64,000 bases of DNA from Treponemataceae bacterium (GTDB taxonomy: Bacteria; Spirochaetota; Spirochaetia; Treponematales; Rectinemataceae): assembly GCA_963667725.2 (NCBI GenBank), contig CAXXHO010000003.1:928001-992000 (forward strand). The letters are read 5' to 3'. A program made the translations under genes and the position numbers. The notes beneath the pieces were generated by a model. It ran no database searches. It worked only from the letters and a program-made list of their open reading frames with translations, and was not told the origin of the DNA. The first letter of the stretch is position 1, and the number at the start of each line of letters is the position of its first letter. Below are positions 10,760-21,283 of the stretch, one piece after another.

Positions 10760-12019
10760 ATGATCAAAACCGTCAAGGATATAAAGCTAGCCGGAAAGCG
10801 CGTCATCATGCGCGTCGACTTCAACGTTCCCATGAAAGAGGGGAAGGTTCAGGACGACACCCGCATTATGGCTGCCCTTCCCACGATCAAGCATGTTCTC
10901 GATGCGGGGGTTAAGAGCCTCGTCCTCATGTCCCACCTGGGCGATCCCGACAAGGATGCCGTCAAGGCCAAGGAAAAGACTGAAAGGGACGGGAAAGTCT
11001 TCGATCTCGAAAAGTATCTCGCGGGAAAACATAGGATGAAGCCTGTCGCCGAGTATCTATCAGCCAAACTGGGCAAACCGGTCGTATTCCTTCCTTCCTG
11101 CATGGGACAGAAGGCCGCCATCGACGCCTTGCCCGACGGTTCCGTCGTCATGCTGGAGAACACTCGCTTCCATAAAGAAGAGACCTCCAAGGATCTCGCC
11201 AAGCAGGAAATTCTCGGCAAGGAACTCGCTTCCTACGGCGATGTCTACGTCAACGACGCTTTTGGCTCGGCGCATAGGGCCCATGCCTCCACCGCGACCG
11301 TCTCCAAATTCAGCGCCGTGAGTGTTGGCGGCTTTCTCATGGAAAAAGAAGTGGCCCACCTCGAGCCCATGCTCCATAATCCCCCGCGGCCCATGGTCGC
11401 CATCATCGGAGGCGCCAAGGTTTCCTCGAAGATCGCGGTGCTCCAGAGTCTGCTCAAGACGGCCAGCGCCCTCATCATCGGCGGCGGTATGGCCTACACC
11501 TTCCTCAAGGTCAAGGGCTTCAAGGTCGGCAAGAGTCTCGTCGAGGACGATTTCCTCGATACGGCGAAGAGTCTGCTCGATGAAGCGGCTAAAGCCGGCG
11601 TCAGGATCGTTCTTCCCGTCGACCATATCTGCGCCGCCGCCTTCGCCCCGGACGCGACGCCCGTGAACGTCGACGGCGAGAACATCGCCGACGATCTCAT
11701 GGGGCTCGATGTAGGCCCCAAGACCCTCGCTTTGTACAGCGAAGTTCTCTCGAAAGCGAAAAGCATCGTCTGGAACGGCCCCGTGGGCGTCTTCGAATTC
11801 GACGCCTTCGCGAAGGGAACCGAGGAAGTCGCCAAAATGGTCGCGGCGGCGACGGGCCGCGGCGCCCTCACCGTGGTAGGCGGCGGCGACTCCGTGGCCG
11901 CCGTCAACAAGTTCGGCCTCGCCTCCAAGATGAGCCACGTTTCCACCGGCGGCGGCGCCAGCCTCGAGTACCTCGAGGGCAAAACCCTGCCCGGAATCGC
12001 CTGTCTCGAACAAAAATAG
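10760..12019 (+). CDS. pgk: Phosphoglycerate kinase
   Basis: RVDFNVP, NDAFGSAHRAHAS, GGAKVSSK, HVSTGGGASLE. Confidence 0.98.
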   Translation: MIKTVKDIKLAGKRVIMRVDFNVPMKEGKVQDDTRIMAALPTIKHVLDAGVKSLVLMSHLGDPDKDAVKAKEKTERDGKVFDLEKYLAGKHRMKPVAEYLSAKLGKPVVFLPSCMGQKAAIDALPDGSVVMLENTRFHKEETSKDLAKQEILGKELASYGDVYVNDAFGSAHRAHASTATVSKFSAVSVGGFLMEKEVAHLEPMLHNPPRPMVAIIGGAKVSSKIAVLQSLLKTASALIIGGGMAYTFLKVKGFKVGKSLVEDDFLDTAKSLLDEAAKAGVRIVLPVDHICAAAFAPDATPVNVDGENIADDLMGLDVGPKTLALYSEVLSKAKSIVWNGPVGVFEFDAFAKGTEEVAKMVAAATGRGALTVVGGGDSVAAVNKFGLASKMSHVSTGGGASLEYLEGKTLPGIACLEQK

Positions 12020-12051
12020 CCTCCCTTTCCGGAAAGACCTTGCAGCGATTG

Positions 12052-12080
12052 AAGGCCACCCGAAAGGGTGGCTTTTTTTT
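12052..12080 (+). terminator. Rho-independent terminator after pgk
   Basis: aaggccaccc-gaaa-gggtggcttt followed by a T-run. Confidence 0.85.
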
Positions 12081-12161
12081 ATCCCCGGGCGATTCGGCGG
12101 GAGGGGTTTTTTCTTTCCTCCTCGACGGGTTGTCTCTATATTATGACTAAAGGAGTCAAGA

Positions 12162-12860
12162 TTGAAGACCGCGGTAAAAACTGGAACTGAAGCGGCGATG
12201 ACGACGACGAGGGTATCGATGACGACCAATGCGGCGACGGTAAAAGCGGCGGCGGCCGCGGCCAGCAAAGCCGGCGCGAAGCCGGGGGGCGGAGAATCGC
12301 CCGGCCTCGGACTGTTCGCGAGGATGAGCGAAGATATCGAGACCGTCAGGAAGCGCGATCCCGCGGCGCGCTCATCCGCGGAAATCGTCCTGGCCTACGC
12401 GGGGCTGCACGCGATATGGGCGCATAGGACGACGCATTTTCTATGGCGCAGCGGCGGAAGGATCTCTGCCCGGGTACTTTCCCAGCTCGCCCGCTTCTTC
12501 ACCGGCGTGGAGATTCACCCGGGGGCGCGCATCGGCCGACGATTCTTCATCGACCACGGGATGGGCGTCGTCATCGGGGAGACGGCGGAAATCGGCGACG
12601 ACGTGACCATCTATCACGGTGTGACCCTGGGGGGAACAACCCTGAGCAAGGGGAAGCGCCATCCGAAGCTGGGCGACAGGGTGATCGTCGGGGCCGGGGC
12701 GAAAATCCTCGGCAACATCAGCATTGGCGCTGACTCGAAGGTTGGGGCCAACGCCGTCGCCATACGCTCGGTGCCCGAGAACTCCGTCATCGTGGGATTC
12801 CCCGGCCGCGGCTGCGGCGACAGCGATCGCTGTTGGGGCGGCGAGGATTTCATAATTTGA
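12162..12860 (+). CDS. cysE: Serine O-acetyltransferase
   Basis: [34 protein letters not shown], hexapeptide repeats; AAGGAG 6 nt before the TTG start. Confidence 0.92.
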   Translation: MKTAVKTGTEAAMTTTRVSMTTNAATVKAAAAAASKAGAKPGGGESPGLGLFARMSEDIETVRKRDPAARSSAEIVLAYAGLHAIWAHRTTHFLWRSGGRISARVLSQLARFFTGVEIHPGARIGRRFFIDHGMGVVIGETAEIGDDVTIYHGVTLGGTTLSKGKRHPKLGDRVIVGAGAKILGNISIGADSKVGANAVAIRSVPENSVIVGFPGRGCGDSDRCWGGEDFII

Positions 12861-13000
12861 AGCATGCAATTTTTTATGACGGTTTCTCCGGTTTGGATAC
12901 CGAAAATGCCTTTACTAAAGGTTTGGATATCAGCTACTATCGTCGGCGTGGCCGGAACCCTGCTTGGTTCCGAAAGCTTCTTTAATACGAGGTACTGCTC

Positions 13001-13750
13001 ATGCGTTCATATTTTATCGCCGGTAACTGGAAAATGCACAAGACCGTCGCGGAATCCGTCGCTCTCGCCGTCGATCTCAAGGCCAAACTCGCGGGCTGCA
13101 AGGAAAAAGTGATGATAGCGCCCGCTTTCACCGCCCTTTCCGAGGTCGCGAAGGTGCTTGTGGGGTCCAACATTCTGCTCGGCGCGCAGAACATGGGGCC
13201 AGAAGAACAGGGAGCCCATACGGGCGAGGTATCGGTGCTCATGCTCAAGGATATTGGCGTCAAAGTCGTGATCCTTGGCCATTCGGAGCGCAGGCACATT
13301 TATCTCGAGTCCGACGCCCTCATCAATAAGAAGGTCAATCTGGCCCTGGCTCATGGGCTCGAAGTCATCCTCTGCGTGGGAGAGACCCTGGAGGAACGCG
13401 AGTCCGGAAAACTGGAGACCGTTCTCTCCACCCAGCTGCGCGAAGGGCTCAAGGGCGTCGCCGCGGAGAGCCTCGACAAGGTGACCATAGCCTACGAACC
13501 CGTCTGGGCCATCGGCACGGGCAAGACAGCCACGCCCGAGGATGCCGACTCTGTCCACGCTTACTGCAGGAAGGTCCTCGCTTCTCTCTACGGCGAGGCG
13601 AAGGCGAAGACGATGATCATCCAGTACGGCGGCTCGGTGAAGGCGGACAACGCCGCCTCCCTCATGGCCAAGCCCAACATCGACGGCGCCCTCGTCGGCG
13701 GCGCGAGTCTCAAGGTCGAGAGTTTTGCCCCGATCGCCTGTTTTAGGTAA
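13001..13750 (+). CDS. tpiA: Triosephosphate isomerase
   Basis: AGNWKM, GHSERR, AYEPVWAIGTG, YGGSV, LVGGASL. Confidence 0.98.
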   Translation: MRSYFIAGNWKMHKTVAESVALAVDLKAKLAGCKEKVMIAPAFTALSEVAKVLVGSNILLGAQNMGPEEQGAHTGEVSVLMLKDIGVKVVILGHSERRHIYLESDALINKKVNLALAHGLEVILCVGETLEERESGKLETVLSTQLREGLKGVAAESLDKVTIAYEPVWAIGTGKTATPEDADSVHAYCRKVLASLYGEAKAKTMIIQYGGSVKADNAASLMAKPNIDGALVGGASLKVESFAPIACFR

Positions 13751-13855
13751 ATTATGATGAGGTCTTGATTCGAGGCCTCGTTCTCGTATACCATGAACTC
13801 CTGTGCGCGCAACGCGGGCACAGGTTGTCAATCTTGCATTCCGGGAGTCGTTACC

Positions 13856-14233
13856 ATGGGTTTTTTTGCTGTGCTGCTCCTCATTCTCTTCGTTCTCGTC
13901 TGCGCGCTGCTCATTTTCCTCGTCATCATCCAGGATGAAGATTCCGACTCTCTCGGCGGCATTTTCGCCGGCGGATCGGCGAGCGCCTTCGGATCGAGAT
14001 CCTCGAATGTCGTCATCAAGATAACCTATGTGCTTGGAGCGCTTTTCTTCGTAACAGCCTTCTCGATGGCCATCATCAACAAGTCCTCCACCGGCAATGT
14101 CGAAGCGTTGGTTACCGAGCAGGCTCAGCAGACGACCAATACCGAATGGTGGAAGGGCGATACGACCGCCACCACGCTGGCTCCCGACGCGACCGCGCCT
14201 GCCGAATCGACGACGCAGACAACGACGAAATAA
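13856..14233 (+). CDS. secG: Preprotein translocase subunit SecG
   Basis: Two TM helices around GGIFAGGSASAFG; canonical position after tpiA. Confidence 0.9.
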   Translation: MGFFAVLLLILFVLVCALLIFLVIIQDEDSDSLGGIFAGGSASAFGSRSSNVVIKITYVLGALFFVTAFSMAIINKSSTGNVEALVTEQAQQTTNTEWWKGDTTATTLAPDATAPAESTTQTTTK

Positions 14234-14302
14234 AGCGCCGATCGGGCGCCAGAGAAGCGAAGACTCCTCCCTTGCTTTGTCATTAGAGGATGGAGCGGAC
14301 AT

Positions 14303-14779
14303 ATGATACTTCAAAAGGTGTTTCAGCTTTCCACGATCAAGACAGGTTTGGAAAGCGAGAGCAAAGAAGAGCTCTTCGAGGAACTTGTCGATGTGCTGGC
14401 CCGAAGCTATCAGGCCAAGCTTCCATTCCCGCGCCAGAAGATTCTCGACGCCCTAATCCGTCGCGAGGCCAAGATGTCCACCGGCATCGCCAAGGGCGTT
14501 GCCCTCCCTCACGCCACGGTCGAGGGGCTCGACTGCCTGAGGGGCGTTCTGGGCATTTCCTCCAAAGGCATAGACTATGATTCACTGGATGGCCATCCAG
14601 TCTTCCTCGTTTTCATGCTTCTGACTCCCCCCGATGACGCCGAATCACACCTGCATTCGCTTCAAAGAATGGCTTCCCTGATCGACGATACCGATATGAC
14701 CTCCCGGCTGGCGGCTTCCGCGTCGTCCTCTGAGGCTTTCGCGCTTATTAAGGAATTTGACAGCAGCGACCTGAGCTGA
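14303..14779 (+). CDS. PTS EIIA (Ntr/Fru-type) domain protein
   Basis: RREAKMSTGIAKGVALPHA, GIDYDSLDG. Confidence 0.9.
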   Translation: MILQKVFQLSTIKTGLESESKEELFEELVDVLARSYQAKLPFPRQKILDALIRREAKMSTGIAKGVALPHATVEGLDCLRGVLGISSKGIDYDSLDGHPVFLVFMLLTPPDDAESHLHSLQRMASLIDDTDMTSRLAASASSSEAFALIKEFDSSDLS

Positions 14780-14884
14780 ACGTAAAAATTGTTGGTTAGT
14801 GTGATTCCACCCGGCTTGTTCTGGAACAGGACAGATGGGACCGCACCTGTCTATACAGATTTTGTATAGTAAGAGAGGTGCACC

Positions 14885-15193
14885 ATGGATTCTCTGAATG
14901 GCCTGGACAGATTGCTGGAGGCCGAAACAAAGGCCGCGGCGCTGATCCGGGACGCTGAAACGGAGGCTGGCCTCATTGTCGGCAAGGTCCGCGACGAGGC
15001 TCACTCCAGGGAAAAAGAAAGGCTCACGAAGCTTCATGCCGAGCAGGAGTCCGAACTGGCCTCCTTCAAGTCCGAAATCGCCGAAAAACTCAAGAACGAG
15101 CTCAATGAATACGAAAAAAGTCTCGTCGCGACTCAGAGAGACGAACGGTTATTCGCCACAACCTGCGGAAGGTTTATGTCCTCCGAGGTTTGA
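14885..15193 (+). CDS. V/A-type ATPase peripheral stalk subunit G/H
   Basis: Charged coiled coil LLEAETKAAALIRDAETEA; first gene of the ATPase operon. Confidence 0.7.
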   Translation: MDSLNGLDRLLEAETKAAALIRDAETEAGLIVGKVRDEAHSREKERLTKLHAEQESELASFKSEIAEKLKNELNEYEKSLVATQRDERLFATTCGRFMSSEV

Positions 15194-15195
15194 GC

Positions 15196-16194
15196 ATGGC
15201 CGACTCCTTTGAAATAGCCTATCTCTACGCCAGGGTCTGCGGCGCCTTCTCATCCATGTACCTGGGCGCGAAGGGCGCCGCCCTCGCCGCCGAATCCTCT
15301 CTCTCCTCGATCTGGAAACTGTATTTCGAGGAAGATATTCCCAACCAGCCTGAATCCAGGCTCCTCTCGACGCTGGAACGCAAGGTTATCGGGCATTCGA
15401 TGGAGCGTTTCATGACCCTCGCCGGTTCGGCCATGGAGTCGGACGAGTTCATCGCGGCCATCGTCGCCAAGTATGAGATTTCCGTCATCAAGAATCTTCT
15501 CTACAGACTCGCCGCGTCGGAACCGAAGCCGGAATCGCCGTTCTTTTCAAGTCCGACCATAGAAAAGGCGCTTTCGGCCTGGCCCAGGCTGGAAGAGATG
15601 TTCGCGGACTCCCCCTACGCGTGGATAGAGGCGGCTGGCCTTGCCGATATCGGGGCCGCCGAAAACCGCTTGGACAGGCAGTATTACCGGCAGTTATGGG
15701 CCGCGGTTTCGGCGCTTCCAAGGAACAGAAAGGGCAATATTCCCGCTCTTGTGCTGAGGGATATCCAGTACCAGAACCTCGCCTGGGCTCTTCGGGTTCG
15801 CAAATACTATGGTTACGGCCGGGAGAGTACGGCGCCGCTTCTCGTGGAGATCGAGGGCGAAGACGCGGTTTCCCTCGCTCTCGACAGCTTCGATCTGGAT
15901 ATCGACAACCTGGGAAGCTTCGACGCATGGCCTGCTAGAAAGCTTCTTGAGGGACAGACTTCGTCCCGTCTCGATCTTCCCCTGCTCGAGAACAGGATGC
16001 AGAGGGATCTTTTCGCTTTCATTCGACGTTCCATGCATATGTATCCATTCGGCTATACGCCGCTCTACTGCTATTTCAAGATGCTCGAGGCCGAGGCTTC
16101 CTTTGTCCTGGGCGTACTCGAAGGGATAAGGCTTAAAGCGCCGGCCGAAGAGAAAATCGGCCTGGCCTGGGCTCTCGCGGGAGATGAAATATGA
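15196..16194 (+). CDS. atpC: V/A-type ATPase subunit C (d/AC39)
   Basis: AYLYARVCG, LDRQYY, NLAWALR; operon position. Confidence 0.8.
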   Translation: MADSFEIAYLYARVCGAFSSMYLGAKGAALAAESSLSSIWKLYFEEDIPNQPESRLLSTLERKVIGHSMERFMTLAGSAMESDEFIAAIVAKYEISVIKNLLYRLAASEPKPESPFFSSPTIEKALSAWPRLEEMFADSPYAWIEAAGLADIGAAENRLDRQYYRQLWAAVSALPRNRKGNIPALVLRDIQYQNLAWALRVRKYYGYGRESTAPLLVEIEGEDAVSLALDSFDLDIDNLGSFDAWPARKLLEGQTSSRLDLPLLENRMQRDLFAFIRRSMHMYPFGYTPLYCYFKMLEAEASFVLGVLEGIRLKAPAEEKIGLAWALAGDEI

Positions 16195-18182
16195 GTTCGA
16201 CGACGATGAGGAGGATGGAACTGCTCCTCCTCAAATCCGATATTGACGGCACGCTCAGGTACCTTTCCTCGGGGCATTCTTTCCAGATCATTTACCCGGA
16301 CGAGGATGGTTCTTCCCGGGCGAGGGGTGACTCGCGGGAGATCACCAGGCTGGATGCCGCGATGGCGAAGCTGGGCAAGATAGGCGCCTGTTTGGGCTAC
16401 CAGGAAGCGGGCCTGGATCTGGGAAAGGCCAAGCTTCCGGATGAAGCCCTCCTCGCTGAGGTGGACAGGCTCGCTTCGTTCTGCGGGGAAAACGAGGAAG
16501 CGGCCCTGGCCCAGAAGCTGAAGCTCGGCGAGCTCGAGGAATCGCTGCGCGAGGTGAAGGCTTTCGCGGGGCTTTCGCTGCCTTTCGAGGAGATCAACAA
16601 GCTCGCTTTCGTGGCCCTGCGCATAGGCAAGGTGGACCCGGACAGGATCCCCCTGCTCGCGGGCGCTCTCGACGCGAGGGCGGCGATAATTCCTCTCGAC
16701 GACGAGGGGTCGATCATTGCCGTCGCCTCGCGGCGGGGCCGTTTTACCCTCGAAACCGAGCTGGCCAAGGCGGGGTTCGTCAAGGCCGATCTGCCTCCCG
16801 ATTTCAAGGGTGTCCCGGCCAACGCCCTGGCCGCCATCGAAGCCTCCTACGAGGGGGCGAAAAAACGCCTCGCGGCGCTCGCCGAGATGAAGGAGGAGGA
16901 AGCCCGCCGATTCGCCGCCTCATGGGCGGAAATGCTCTCTTCGGTGAAGCTGGGCAAGGCGCTCAAGAAGGTGGAGAGCAGGCTGGAAGGCACCGAGTGG
17001 GTCTACAGGCTTTCGGGCTGGGTCCCCGCGCGGAACGTCAAGCCATTGAGCGACAATCTTTCGAGGCTGTTCGGCGACCGTATGGCCATACGCGTCTACA
17101 ATCCTGAGGACGAGGAGGGGAAGCTTCCGGAAGACAGTCAGGAAGTGCCCGTCCTCCTGAAGCACAACGGACTGGTGTCGGCTTTTCAGGGCATCGTCCT
17201 CTCTTACGGCACGCCGGTGTACGGCGACATCGATCCCACGCCCTTCGTGGCCTTCTTTTTTACCCTTCTCTTCGCGATCATGTTCGGCGACATGGGCCAG
17301 GGCGCCGTCATCATATGCGCCGGGCTTCTGATCAGGGGGGCGAAGAAGGGATTTTTCGCCGCTTACCAAAAATTCTGGCTGGCCTTCGTCGCGGCGGGGG
17401 CAGGTTCCATGTTCATGGGACTTCTCGTCGGCTCTGTCTTTTCTAACGAAGCGCTCCTCGTTCCCGTGGAACGTTTCCTCACCACCTTGTTCCTTGGCAG
17501 TCCTCGCGACCGTTTCCTCGACATCATGCCGAGCGACAATATCAGCGCGATGTTCAGCTTTTTCGGCTTCACGGTCGGCATCGGATTCCTCATCAACTCG
17601 ACCGGCCTTGTCATCAACATGATAAACCTCGCGCGAAGGGGAGAATGGGGCGAGGCCCTGTTCGCGAAGACGGGGCTTTCAGGCACCCTTCTGTTCTGGT
17701 GGGCCGCCGGCATGGGCCTGCGGATCATTCTCGGCGGAAAACTGGGATGGATCGATATTATCGGCCTGGGGATTCCCCTCGCGGCGCTGCTCTTCACCGA
17801 ACCGCTCCAGCGGGCCGTTATGAAAGCGGGCGGGGAAAAGCTCTCGGTCGTCGATGTCCTCGTGGGCGGCCTCGTGGAGATCATCGAGACCTTCTCCTAC
17901 TACGCCTCCAACACCATGAGTTTCCTCCGCGTGGCGGCCTTCGCGCTTGCCCACGCCGTGCTCTCCTTCGTCGTCTTCACGATGGCCGAGCTCGTTAGGA
18001 ACCGCGCGCCCGGAGGCATCGTGTTCCAGCTTGTCGTGTTCATCGTCGGCAACGCGGTCATCATAGGGCTCGAAGGCCTCATCGTCACCATACAGGTGAT
18101 CAGGCTCCAGTACTACGAATTTTTCTCCAAGTTTTTCACGCGGACGGGCAAAAGCTTCGATCCCATACGCTTCGAGAATTGA
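16191..18182 (+). CDS. atpI: V/A-type ATPase subunit I (a)
   Basis: YGTP..IDPTP, MFGDMGQG, SNTMSFLRVAAFALAH, RLQYYEFFSKF. Confidence 0.95.
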   Translation: MSSTTMRRMELLLLKSDIDGTLRYLSSGHSFQIIYPDEDGSSRARGDSREITRLDAAMAKLGKIGACLGYQEAGLDLGKAKLPDEALLAEVDRLASFCGENEEAALAQKLKLGELEESLREVKAFAGLSLPFEEINKLAFVALRIGKVDPDRIPLLAGALDARAAIIPLDDEGSIIAVASRRGRFTLETELAKAGFVKADLPPDFKGVPANALAAIEASYEGAKKRLAALAEMKEEEARRFAASWAEMLSSVKLGKALKKVESRLEGTEWVYRLSGWVPARNVKPLSDNLSRLFGDRMAIRVYNPEDEEGKLPEDSQEVPVLLKHNGLVSAFQGIVLSYGTPVYGDIDPTPFVAFFFTLLFAIMFGDMGQGAVIICAGLLIRGAKKGFFAAYQKFWLAFVAAGAGSMFMGLLVGSVFSNEALLVPVERFLTTLFLGSPRDRFLDIMPSDNISAMFSFFGFTVGIGFLINSTGLVINMINLARRGEWGEALFAKTGLSGTLLFWWAAGMGLRIILGGKLGWIDIIGLGIPLAALLFTEPLQRAVMKAGGEKLSVVDVLVGGLVEIIETFSYYASNTMSFLRVAAFALAHAVLSFVVFTMAELVRNRAPGGIVFQLVVFIVGNAVIIGLEGLIVTIQVIRLQYYEFFSKFFTRTGKSFDPIRFEN

Positions 18183-18195
18183 AAAGGAGTTGTTC

Positions 18196-18504
18196 ATGAA
18201 GAAGAAAATCACGACAGCGGTCCTGGCCGCGGCGGGCAGCGCATCCGCTTTTGCCCAGACTCAAGGAGCGGCGACCGCCCCCGTATCGGCCTGGGCCGGC
18301 GGCATCAAGTATCTTGCCGCCGCCCTCGCCGTGAGCGTGGCGGCCGTAGCCGGCGGCATGGCTGTGGCCAAGATCGGATCGGCGGCGATGGGAGCCATGG
18401 CGGAAAAGCCCGAACTCTCCGGCAAAGCCCTTCCCTACGTTGGTCTCGCGGAAGGCATCTGCCTCTGGGGCTTCCTCGTGGCCCTCCTCATCCTCCTCCT
18501 CTAG
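18196..18504 (+). CDS. atpK: V/A-type ATPase proteolipid subunit K (c), 2-TM
   Basis: Two TM helices, AEKPE loop, ion-binding Glu in GLAEGI. Confidence 0.92.
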   Translation: MKKKITTAVLAAAGSASAFAQTQGAATAPVSAWAGGIKYLAAALAVSVAAVAGGMAVAKIGSAAMGAMAEKPELSGKALPYVGLAEGICLWGFLVALLILLL

Positions 18505-18516
18505 GGAAGGGAATCC

Positions 18517-18831
18517 ATGAAGGAAATATTCGTCCTCGCCGAAGAAGAACTCGTCATCGCCTTCAGGATGATAGGCGTGGATGGGGCGGCTGTGGCTGGC
18601 GCCGATGACGCCCTCGCCACCTTCCGCCGCGTGACCGGCGCTTCGGGAGAATGCAGAATGCTCATCCTCGCCGAGGATATCGCCGACATGCTCGGGACGG
18701 AACTCATCGACTGGCAATTGTCGGGGCGCTATCCTCTCGTCGTGGAAATACCGCCCCTGTCGGGCTCCCAGCCCGATCATGTCCAGCTCGTCGACGCCGT
18801 CCGGCAGGCGATAGGCATCAAGATCCAATGA
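18517..18831 (+). CDS. atpF: V/A-type ATPase subunit F
   Basis: FRMIGVDG, PLVVEIP, VRQAIGIKI. Confidence 0.9.
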   Translation: MKEIFVLAEEELVIAFRMIGVDGAAVAGADDALATFRRVTGASGECRMLILAEDIADMLGTELIDWQLSGRYPLVVEIPPLSGSQPDHVQLVDAVRQAIGIKIQ

Positions 18832-18841
18832 GGGAAGAGCT

Positions 18842-19456
18842 ATGGAAGAGATAAAAGGCACCGAAGCGCTCGAACGCGAGATACTCGACGACGCCGCGAG
18901 GAAGGCCGAGAGGATTGTCCGGAAGGCCAAGGAAGAGGCCGAAAGGTTAAAGGCGAATTCGGCCGAGGCTCTGGATGGAATGGTCGCACAGCTCGAGGCG
19001 CGCAAGCTCGAGAAGATCGCCCAGATGAAGAGGGAGACCTTTTCGAAAATGCCCCTCGAGAAAACGAGGCTGAGGGCGCGCTTCATTGACAGCGCGATGA
19101 GGGCCTCGGTGGCCAAATTCATGGCCGCCCTCGACGACGCGAAGCTGGGCGCCTGGTGCCTATCCGAGCTCAGGAAGCGTTCCTCCCTCTTCGCGGGACG
19201 GAAACTGCGCATGAGCCACCGAGGCATCGACGCCTCTTCGCTGCGGGAGATAAGGGAGCTTCTTGGAACCGGCGCGGAGGTCTCGGCCTTGGCCGTGGCT
19301 GATGCCGGCGCGCCTCCACGCGGCATCGTGGTCGAAAGCCTGGACGGGACGATGGTCATGACGCTCGGCGAGAAGCAGCTTGAAGAAAGGCTTCTGGATG
19401 AGTACAGGGGAGAACTGGCTTCGGCATTGTTCCCCGCGACGGCCGAAAGAGGATAA
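18842..19456 (+). CDS. atpE: V/A-type ATPase subunit E
   Basis: ILDDAARKAERI coiled coil; GIVVES; operon position. Confidence 0.85.
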   Translation: MEEIKGTEALEREILDDAARKAERIVRKAKEEAERLKANSAEALDGMVAQLEARKLEKIAQMKRETFSKMPLEKTRLRARFIDSAMRASVAKFMAALDDAKLGAWCLSELRKRSSLFAGRKLRMSHRGIDASSLREIRELLGTGAEVSALAVADAGAPPRGIVVESLDGTMVMTLGEKQLEERLLDEYRGELASALFPATAERG

Positions 19457-21283
19457 ATGTCGATGAGAGCAGGGACAATAGCGAGAATTTCCGGACCGAT
19501 CGTCAAGGCCAGGGGCATGGCCTCGGCCGGGCTCTACGATGTGGTGAAGGTCGGCGCGGCCGGCCTTATCGGCGAGATCATCAGGCTCGAAGGCCAGGTC
19601 GCCACCATCCAGATCTACGAGGACAACACCATGATGAGGGTAGGGGAGCCCGTGGAATGCCAGGGCAAGCCTCTCTCCGTCCTCCTCGGCCCCGGACTTA
19701 TCGGGTCGATCTACGACGGCATACAGCGGCCGCTGCCCCTGCTGAAGGCTCTTTCAGGCCCCATGCTCCTGCCCGGCGTCGCGGGCGACGCCCTCGACGC
19801 GAAAAGAAAGTGGCGCTTCCAGCCGACCATGGCCGTCGGCGAACCCATCGGCCCCGGCATCGTCTATGGTACGGTGCAGGAGACGCCCTCAGTTCTCCAT
19901 AAGCTGGTGTTCGACGGGACGACGCCTCCAGGCACCGCCGCCTGGGTGGCCGCCGAGGGCGACTATGACATCTCGCAAGTCCTCGTGAAGTCCTCAATCG
20001 GGAACGAATACTCGGCCTCGTCGCGCTGGCCGGTCCGGAAGGCCCGCGCTTTCGCGCAGAAACTCGTACCTAACGAACCTCTCGTCACGGGCCTGCGCGT
20101 CATCGACGTGCTCTTTCCCGTGGCCAAGGGCGGATGTGCGGCCGTGCCCGGCGGCTTCGGCACCGGCAAGACGATGACGCAGCACGCGATCGCCAAATGG
20201 TGCGACGCCGACATCATCGTCTACATAGGCTGCGGCGAGCGCGGCAACGAGATGACCGATGTCCTCACCGAATTCCCCAGGCTCATCGACCCGAGGACGG
20301 GACGATCTCTCATGGAGAGGACCATTCTCATCGCCAACACCTCGAACATGCCCGTCGCCGCCCGCGAAGTCTCGATCTACACGGGCATCACCATCGCCGA
20401 GTACTACCGCGACATGGGGTACCAGGTGGCCGTCATGGCCGATTCGACATCCCGCTGGGCGGAAGCCCTGAGGGAACTCTCCGGGCGCCTCGAGGAAATG
20501 CCCGCCGAGGAGGGATTCCCCGCCTATCTTCCCACGAGGCTCGCCGAATTCTACGAACGCGGCGGCATGGTAACGACGTTGGAGGGGAGGAAAGGCTCCG
20601 TCACCATCATCGGGGCCGTTTCGCCTCCCGGCGGCGACTTCTCCGAGCCGGTGACCCAGCATACCAAGCGCTTTATACGCTGCTTCTGGGCCCTCGACCG
20701 CGACCTCGCGAACGCCCGCCATTATCCGGCCATTTCCTGGAACGACTCCTATTCCGAATACGCCGACGATCTCATGGCCTTCTGGGACGGCATCGACAGT
20801 TCCTGGAAGAAATTCAGGGCCAAGGCCATGGACATTCTGAAAAAAGAACGCAAGCTCGCCGAGATCGTGCGCCTCATAGGCCCGGATGCCCTTCCAGACG
20901 AGCAGCGCCTCATCCTCATGACGGCCGAGCTCCTGAAGACTGGATTCCTGCAGCAAAGCAGCTTCGATGCTGTCGACATGTACTGCGTCCCCGCGAGGCA
21001 GACGATGATACTCGAGTGCATTCTCACTTTCCACGAACTGGCGGAAAAAGCCATCCACGGAGGGATTCCCCTGCCCAAGATAGCCGCCATGCCCCTGCGT
21101 AACAGGTTGATGCGGCTGAAAAGCTCCATAACCAACGAACGTGTCGAGGAAGGACGGGGCGTCCTTCTGGAAATCCGACAAGCTTTCGCCGAATTGGGCG
21201 CGGGATTGGGGCTTGGCGCGGCGGCCGGGTTTGGCGCCGACGCCGCGGCCGGCGCCGGAAGCGACAGGACGGTAGCAGAATGA
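19457..21283 (+). CDS. atpA: V/A-type ATPase catalytic subunit A
   Basis: [40 protein letters not shown]; no intein. Confidence 0.98.
   Translation: MSMRAGTIARISGPIVKARGMASAGLYDVVKVGAAGLIGEIIRLEGQVATIQIYEDNTMMRVGEPVECQGKPLSVLLGPGLIGSIYDGIQRPLPLLKALSGPMLLPGVAGDALDAKRKWRFQPTMAVGEPIGPGIVYGTVQETPSVLHKLVFDGTTPPGTAAWVAAEGDYDISQVLVKSSIGNEYSASSRWPVRKARAFAQKLVPNEPLVTGLRVIDVLFPVAKGGCAAVPGGFGTGKTMTQHAIAKWCDADIIVYIGCGERGNEMTDVLTEFPRLIDPRTGRSLMERTILIANTSNMPVAAREVSIYTGITIAEYYRDMGYQVAVMADSTSRWAEALRELSGRLEEMPAEEGFPAYLPTRLAEFYERGGMVTTLEGRKGSVTIIGAVSPPGGDFSEPVTQHTKRFIRCFWALDRDLANARHYPAISWNDSYSEYADDLMAFWDGIDSSWKKFRAKAMDILKKERKLAEIVRLIGPDALPDEQRLILMTAELLKTGFLQQSSFDAVDMYCVPARQTMILECILTFHELAEKAIHGGIPLPKIAAMPLRNRLMRLKSSITNERVEEGRGVLLEIRQAFAELGAGLGLGAAAGFGADAAAGAGSDRTVAE

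Noticed and set aside
12020..12160. T-box or SAM riboswitch upstream of cysE
   Set aside because: Leader is short, AGGGTGG is not followed by NACC, and it belongs to the pgk terminator stem.
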